A stretch of 63,371 nt of DNA, the filler included, from Octopus bimaculoides (taxonomy: Eukaryota): assembly GCF_001194135.2 (NCBI RefSeq). It is 6 parts of 5 records of this genome, joined end to end, with 100 filler letters (N's around TTAATTAATTAA, not from the genome) between each part and the next. Parts side by side here need not be neighbours in the genome. Positions count along the whole stretch, not along the records: positions 49,818 to 61,944 come from NC_068982.1; positions 62,045 to 63,371 come from NW_026304518.1; 4 more parts are not named here. One strand, given 5' to 3'. Positions 56,018-63,371 of the stretch are shown one piece after another (the stretch's first letter is position 1; each line of letters opens with the position of its first letter). The notes below the pieces were generated by a model that made no database searches, was not told the origin of the DNA, and worked only from the letters and a program-made list of their open reading frames with translations. The position numbers and the translations under genes are program-made.

Positions 56018-56444
56018 GAATATAGTATACAATTACATATATTATAACTAATGAAATATTTAGTGTAATATAAGCAAAATATGAAATGAGTTAAAAATTG
56101 TTCTGTATTTGAGGCGGCGCCTTTTTCTATGTGCTGGGTCCCCCTAAATTGAGAACCTGGATACGCTACAGATATACACATACATACATACATACATACA
56201 TAATACATAGATAGATATATCGATAGATATATACATACATACATACATACATACACATATATATATATATAAATCCGCAAATAAGGAAAAAATGCACTCG
56301 TAGAGTGAGTGTATTAATCGAAATGTACAATATTATGTATCCATTACGTTCTATCTTACTGATCTGTTTAGGACTACGGGTTCAACGAAGTGTTAGGTAA
56401 CAGTCTGATTATATAACCCGGCGATCTCTGAAGGGTGCAGTGTT

Positions 56445-57466
56445 AGATAATATGTCTGGAGAATAAGGTGGACGAGGATTTTTTTCCCCAACCAAGCTCT
56501 TAGATCTTCTGTGATGTGATCTTTGCAGTATGGAGTCGCGCATTGTCCTGATGAAACATCACTCCTTTTCGATTCTCTAAAGCGGGTCTTCTTTTACTTC
56601 AAAACCTGGTTCAAGCGTTCTAATTGCTGACAGTAGACTTGAGCATTGGTTGTTGCATTGGGTGGTAACAATTCAAAGTGAATTACTCCTTTACAATCCC
56701 ACCAGATAGAGAAAAGAAACTTTTTCCCATGAAGTTCCCTTCTCGGTTGTGGTTGAGCTTTTTCCCTTTTACCAAGCCACTGTTTACAACGTTTAACATT
56801 TCGATAGAAGATCCATTTTTCGTCACCAGTCACAAGTCTATGAAAAAAGGGTGAAATGAGTTCGCGAGAATGGAGAGAAAAGCAGATGTCAACTCGGGAT
56901 TTGCGGTTGCTTTCGGACAATTCATGAGGCAGCCATTTTCCAAGTTTAGGAATGTTTCCAAGTTGTTGAAGATGACGATGAATAGTTGTATGGTTTTAAC
57001 TAAGCTTTATTGCTAATTCTTCATTTGATAATGCAGGATTTTCTTCAAGTAATGCCTCAAGGAGCTTATCATGAAACTCAACTCGACGTCCTGTACGATC
57101 TTCATCTTCAAGTGTGAAATCTCCACTTCTGAATTTTGCAAACCATCTTCTGCAAGTTCTTTCATTCAAGCGTTCTTTCCCATAAACTGAGTGTATGTTT
57201 CGAGTCGTTTCAGCTGCAGAATTACCTTTTTTGTACTCACAAAGCATTATGTGCCTTAAATGCTCTTTGGATACTTCCATGTTAGAATGGGTTTTAATCA
57301 AAGTAATTTTAATTCTATTATTCTGTAAAATAATATTTAATTAGTTTAAATGTACACAAATGCATAAAAATAATTTTAAATTCCATTAAACATTCTAAAA
57401 TACTATTAAATTTCATTCAATTTTAAAAAAGGTAAAATCGGACAGAACTTATTGGATGACCTGATA
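56445..57466 (-). mobile_element. Mariner (Tc1/mariner superfamily) transposon, decayed and 3'-truncated
   Basis: TIR-like end TCAGGTCATCCAATAAGTTCTGTCCG beside TA at about 57440-57468. ATG at 57280 gives MEVSKEHLRHIMLCEYKKG, with RTCRRWFAKFRSGDF (HTH), KLGKWLPHEL, LVTGDEKWIFYRN, WWDCKGVIHFELLP, MFHQDNAR and PPYSPD. There is an in-frame stop at 56996-56998, a stop plus frameshift near 56594, and no recognisable second TIR. Confidence 0.95.
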
Positions 57467-57723
57467 TATACGTAAGTATGAAAACGTATGTATATGTGTC
57501 TGTCCAAGTATAGTCTAAAATCTCTTAATTCTTTCATTTTTCCTAACTTTTCTTCCATAACATAGAGAATCGCAAAAGAGATATTGATAACTGCAGTAAC
57601 TAAGTATCTGAATATTGTTCACGTGGAAAATATTACCTCACTTGGGCCATAGTCCAATGACTGAAACCTTTCAGAAAGCAAAAGGACACACACTAGACAG
57701 ACAGACAGACAGACAGACACACA

Positions 57724-57760
<37 letters not shown>

Positions 57761-58984
57761 GCACGCACACACACACATAAACATGCGTATGTGTGTTTTA
57801 TGAAAATATTCATATATTTTTGTAAGCCTTTGTTACTAGGTTGTAAGCAATGAGTTCACATCTATTTCATTCTAATCTATCATCATGTGGGTATTTTATG
57901 CTGACAGACCAGCAAATTCTGTCATTTCATTAAAACTAAAATTTGCTGGTAATTTTCAGTTAATTATTTTCACGTCGTCTTTATTTGATTTTACAGCCGC
58001 AAATGCTATATTTTATCGTGGAAAGAAGACACTTCTCCCCTTGTCCCCTTTGTACAACTCTAAGCTATTAATCATATAATGAAAACTAACAAACGATGGC
58101 AGATTAACCAGGTGATTAATTAATGGTTATTCGTTTAACGCTTAGAGCATTGGATTGCTATAACATAATGATTGTCGTACAAGGTTAGTAAAAAGAGCTT
58201 ATGAAGTGCTCACCACTTTGTTTCTCCTCTTGGACTGGTGAGATTAATACGGCTGATCATACTCTAACTGAATATATACTCAGGTGTGAGTCTATCGAAA
58301 GAACATGGAAAAATTAAAACCGAGGGCTCTCATCTGAATACTTGCAAAAGACAACTCTCCAAAAAAGGCGATGTTAAAGAGGTTATACATTAAGCCTAAT
58401 GCCCAAACAGAATGAGACATTTAGTTTACACCCTTACATTCTTACCTTCTCTTCCGTTGCTCTAGTGTCCATAAAATGAGTTTAAGTTTTAAACTGGTAT
58501 TCATAAAGCATCTTACATACTTGTTCGAAAATGAAAAGCTTTATCATTCGTTAAGAACACATTATTTTTTTGATTTTCTCATTGACATTTTGATAAACCT
58601 GAGATTGATTCTTCTGACCTAACGTCTACTTAAATTTTATACCAAGTCAGTGATGTATCGCTGATAAATCAGGTATTCCACGGGTGAGATTTAATCTAGA
58701 AAAAGTGCTTTGGGCCGAAAAGTCAAATGAAGTATAGGTACAAGCAACATAATTCTCCAGGAATTGTGATATGTTAAATGACGATTCAGCTCGCTAACGT
58801 ATAAATTCCGGACGGAAGAAAGAGGGGTTCGTAGATAACAAAGACGACGTGAGATCGAATACATCAAGAACGAGACAGAAAAGCGACTAGTTGAGTCTAT
58901 GGCTGTAGTACACGACCACAATATGTGGCGAGGAGTAGAATGTCTTTGAGGACCCTGGCCGTCAGTTATAGAGATAAACATATT

Positions 58985-59162
58985 CTTTTAATCGAACCTA
59001 GTGCTCAACTGGTACCATTTTATCGACTCAGACTGGATGAATGCCAAGACGACCTAGATGGAATTTGAAATGAGAACATAAAAACCAGAAGTGTCGCTAA
59101 ATATTTTATCTGACACGGTAATGACTCTGCCAGATCTACTACTACTACTGCTGCTGCTGCTG

Positions 59163-59224
<62 letters not shown>

Positions 59225-59450
59225 GATAACAATGATAGTTTCAAAAACTAGCAGAAGACCAGCAATTTCGAGGGACTGTGCAAGTCAATTAGATCAACCT
59301 AAGTGTTTAACTGGTACTTCTTTTATCCATTCTGAAAGGATGAAGGGCAACGTTGACATACATGGAATTTAAACTGTGAAAGTAAAGACGGACGAAATGC
59401 CGTTAAATATTTAGTCCCGCACTGTATCAAGTCTGCTAGGATGCCCTAGT
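58985..59450 (-). mobile_element. Two decayed tRNA-SINE family 1 copies separated by (CTA)n
   Basis: Central block remnants at about 59005-59070 and 59305-59370. Confidence 0.7.
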
Positions 59451-60963
59451 AATAATTATAATAATAATAATAATAATAATGAAGATAATGATGATGTTGA
59501 TCATGATGATGATGGTGATGATGATGATTATGATCCTGCTGCTGGTGATGCTGATAATAAATTTGATTACGGGGTGCTGTTGATTTAATCGCTACTCGAT
59601 ATTTAGCTGATATTTATTCTATTGACCCAGTAGGGATTAAATGCGAAATCCTCACTCGTAGGATTTGAACTAAATACGCAATGGCAATTATAATTGTAAT
59701 CCTTATAATCCCAAATGTTTGACGAAATTGTTTGATGTTCACCAATGAAACGCATATATCAAGAGACGATCAGGTCTTTTTATTTAAGGGAAGTAAAATC
59801 TAGATATCTGACGTTCTGACTTTATCAAAGACATTAAGTGTCTTAGGGAATAGACCACTGTAAATTAAAATCGTAGAGCTGATTCAGATTTTCAGAAATC
59901 GAATGTCGAATGAAATTTAAATTCATAATAATCTACCTAATTAGCAGAAGCATTAAATGTCAAGATGACGTCACCAATGACATTTTTTTCCCTTTTGGAT
60001 GAAATATGTTTATAATTATAAAATATCAATTTGTATCAGCTTCTTATTCCTCATTTCTTCATACCACTGTGCTAAAATGTATGCAATAATTTTCTCGTAT
60101 TTCGCTTTCTTCCTTCGTATTAAGAATTATATTATTTAGTTTAGATATTAAAAAAAAAAATTTGTTATACGTGTTAGGAAGAAATTGATTTTCTTAAGCA
60201 CGCTAGTTATGTATGTCACGCTCCTTTATGTTGAAAGCATTGTCGAGAAGCATAGAAACGCAGACAATACGACTGAGAATTGAGAAAAACAAGATTTGAC
60301 GATTGTACATATATTTTATCTTATGTTTATTGCAACATGGAGAATTATGTTTTGATGGTCATCGCTTTTGGTTTATAATGCTTATGGCTGTATGTACATA
60401 CATGCATACATACATACATGCATACATACATACATACATACATGCACACACACACACACACGCACACACACACAAACGCACACACACACACACACACACA
60501 CGCACACACACACACACACACGCACACATCCAAATTCAGGGAGTGCAACAGGTAAAATTCAAGCTACCTGTTCCACTCCGTCAATTAAAATTTTTATTCG
60601 CATTCATTCACTTACTAGCCGTGAGTTGTACATACATTTTCTCTTCAGCTTGTCGAACTTCGATACAGGAAAACTCTACAACCTTCGATATCAATAAATT
60701 ATTATTGTTCTTGAACGTTTGTATCATTGGCACAATTAGTGACAATGGCTGTCTGAGTGATCGTGAGCATGTCTGAGAGGGCTTTTGTGAACAGTAATGG
60801 CCCCGTAACAGTTCCGTCGGGGACGCCACTTAAGATTTGAGTTTACTCAGAAAGGGCACCATACATATATAGATATACATGTATATATACATACATACAT
60901 ATATATGTATGTATTTATATATATATATATACGTATATATATGTATACATATGTGTATATATG

Positions 60964-60995
<32 letters not shown>

Positions 60996-61083
60996 CGTAC
61001 ATGTATATATACATATGTATACANNNNNNNNNNTATATATATATATATAACAGTAAAGTAATAAGAATGTGATGGTATTTAGT

Positions 61084-61168
61084 GCATTACGGCCGTTTCA
61101 GTCGGCTCCGTTTAATCGAACAGTGCAAGCATTACATGAATTTGAAATACACCGCCATCCTCAGACGC
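61084..61168 (-). ncRNA. Degenerate hammerhead motif
   Basis: Minus strand GCGT-CTGAGGA-TGGCGG...AGCC-GACT-GAAAC-GGCC-GTA^ATGC. Palindromic GGCC loop on a 2-bp stem III and a 4-bp stem I, but stem II is interrupted just before GAAA. Confidence 0.4.
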
Positions 61169-62044
61169 GTAATATAGGTTTTCAACATACAGGACACTCC
61201 ATTATAATTTTTAGCAAATATTTCATATGAACTAGAGAATAAAAGAATTACATGCTGCTATTATTGTAGCAGAACGGACCTAAAGAGAAAATACCCCATC
61301 TATAATTTGGAGTGGTGGAAAAGAATAACAAAGGGGGTCATGAGATTGTAATATAGCTACAATCTTTATCTATAGCTCTATCACTATCAAAAGATCTAAT
61401 GCAGCTAGTATACTATGACCAATAAGAATTGAAACTATTGAGAATTGACAGTAAAGTTCTAGCTGCTGATAATAAATTAATTTGTCAGATATTCTCCCAA
61501 ACCCTAATTTACTATGGCTATAAATTCCCTATGACCATAAATCTCAAAGTCAGTAAAATTGTGGTAAATGCCCAAAAAGGGGGAAGTTAGGGGTTACATA
61601 AACTATTCTAATTTTGCTATACTTTAGTTATATTTTCCTTCCCCATGTATCCTTAATGTCCATTTAGATCTCATTGTGACGACCTTTGTTTTCTATTTTA
61701 GGCCCCTTTAACAGATAATAATAAAATAGTATATACAAACACGACAGTCTTCTTTCATTTTCCGTCTACCAAACTCACTCACAAGTCTTTGAAGACAATT
61801 GACTAACAAGCCACGCAGTGCGACTGAACCTGGAATCTTGTGGTTGTGAAGCAAGCTTCTTATCACACAGCCACTTCTGCACCTATTCTATATATATATA
61901 TATACATACATACATACAGATATATATATATATATATATATATANNNNNNNNNNNNNNNNNNNNNNNNNNNNNNNNNNNNNNNNNNNNTTAATTAATTAA
62001 NNNNNNNNNNNNNNNNNNNNNNNNNNNNNNNNNNNNNNNNNNNN

Positions 62045-62224
62045 GAAGGTAAAAATACTATCAAAAGTACAAGATCGTGTAAGTCCGGAAAAACTTTTTT
62101 GAATGCTACAAGGTAAATTGGTAGAACAGCAGTGAAACCAAATATTAGTATGTTGGTAACAAAAACGGAAAACACTACTAAAGCAGCGACGATGGTCTCT
62201 GGCACGGATCGTTTCTTGGTTATA
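62045..62224 (-). CDS. Partial coding exon of a probable MFS transporter, SLC16/monocarboxylate-transporter-like (TM1 region); 3' end runs into an N gap
   Basis: Strong acceptor TTTCATTCTTTGTCTTTCCAG| at 62225. Open frame (phase 2) ITKKRSVPETIVAALVVFSVFVTNILIFGFTAVLPIYLVAFKKVFPDLHDLVLLIVFLP. The spacing P..VVF..F..N....G.....I.L..F...F matches the SLC16 TM1 pattern (PDGGWGWVVVFASF..N...G.....G.F...F...F). Confidence 0.6.
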
Positions 62225-63371
62225 CTGGAAAGACAAAGAATGAAATCTTTATTTAGTATAATATGGAAACTGTCAGAGATACAGTATAGAGTAGCGGGAT
62301 GAGAGAGGGGTCAGAGTAAAAGCATTTACTTGTTTTAGTCATGCCGCCTTGAAGAATCGATCCCACTAATTTTCCTTATTTTTAGGTTTGGTACTTCATC
62401 TATCGGTCACTTTTGACCAACCGCTATGTTACGAGTGTGTAAGCGCAACAACACTGGTCGTCAAGGGGTGGTGTGGACAAACAGAGATCAAGCACATACA
62501 CAAACACACATATACTCTGTTGTGCATAATAAGCACATTTTATTAACTATTGTATATGACTTCGCTCTACAAATGATATTCCAATTAAGGATGTATTCTA
62601 TTTTATTAGATCTCAACTCGCAAATGTATTTACTTAGATCTGTCGAATTTACTAATTTGAGATTTTTGAAGAACTGATAATGCTTGGAAATTCTTCTTTT
62701 AATTTCGTTCGCTGTGAATCCAATATATTCTTTCTTCTTCTTCTTATTATTATTAGAGGTTACAGTACATTAATAAATTGCGTTATCTAGGTTGCAAATA
62801 TTGTTAAGCCTACATGTAAAGATAGATAATGAAATTTGAAACACAAAACCCAAGCCTAAAGTGAAGGGTAATGCTGCATGTTTCATACAATTTCAAGGAC
62901 AAAAATTATTGAATGGATCCTTATGATATTTGGAACTTAGATTCAATGCATAAAGCCGGGTACAATGTAATATGTTTGGTTTGAATTTGAGGTGGCTTAA
63001 AGGGGGCAGAACCCCACCCCACATGAAAATTCATAAATTTCCGATGTTGATGAAATTTCAAACACAGGTAATTGACACAAACCAAGAAGTATTCCCAAAG
63101 TTTCCGCTTTTCATGAGGATTTTAAGACCCCTAATGGGGGCCTTAACTCCAAACTTTTAGTCATTTTTATGATCCAAAACTAGGTCAAAAGTACTGAATG
63201 GATCTTTATGGAATTTAGAAATTATATTCTATGCATAAGAACAGATAATGCAGTATATGTTAGAAAGTGAGGGAGCATAAATGAGGACATAACCCCCACG
63301 AAATTCATATATTTTTGACGTTATATATATATATTTTGCTAGTATATATATACATATATATATATATATAT

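Overview
Animal (non-prokaryotic) genomic DNA from a gappy draft scaffold. It is AT-rich, packed with di-/tri-/tetranucleotide microsatellites and broken by many N gaps. The SINE families, 5S sequence and microsatellite density point to a cephalopod, probably Octopus (inference). Almost all listed ORFs are translations of simple repeats or N runs. Supportable content: (i) one plausible host exon on the minus strand at 62045-62224, encoding an SLC16/MCT-like first transmembrane segment; (ii) many transposon relics: a decayed mariner, a Tc1/mariner-superfamily (maT-like) fragment, R4/Dong-like, RTE and CR1-like LINE RT fragments, a Penelope-like ORF fragment, hAT/Tigger/mariner/Tc1 MITEs, a DINE-1/Helentron-like element and at least three tRNA-SINE families; (iii) a full-length 5S rRNA pseudogene. 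The most notable unannotated signal is a set of Penelope-type minimal hammerhead ribozyme motifs (15822-15867 +, 14134-14168 -, a degenerate one at 61084-61168 -). Each sits in a short non-coding element next to a microsatellite. No CRISPR, operon or other prokaryotic system is present. The TTAATTAATTAA words inside gaps are assembly artefacts. No searches or folding were run, so all family assignments come from motif recognition.
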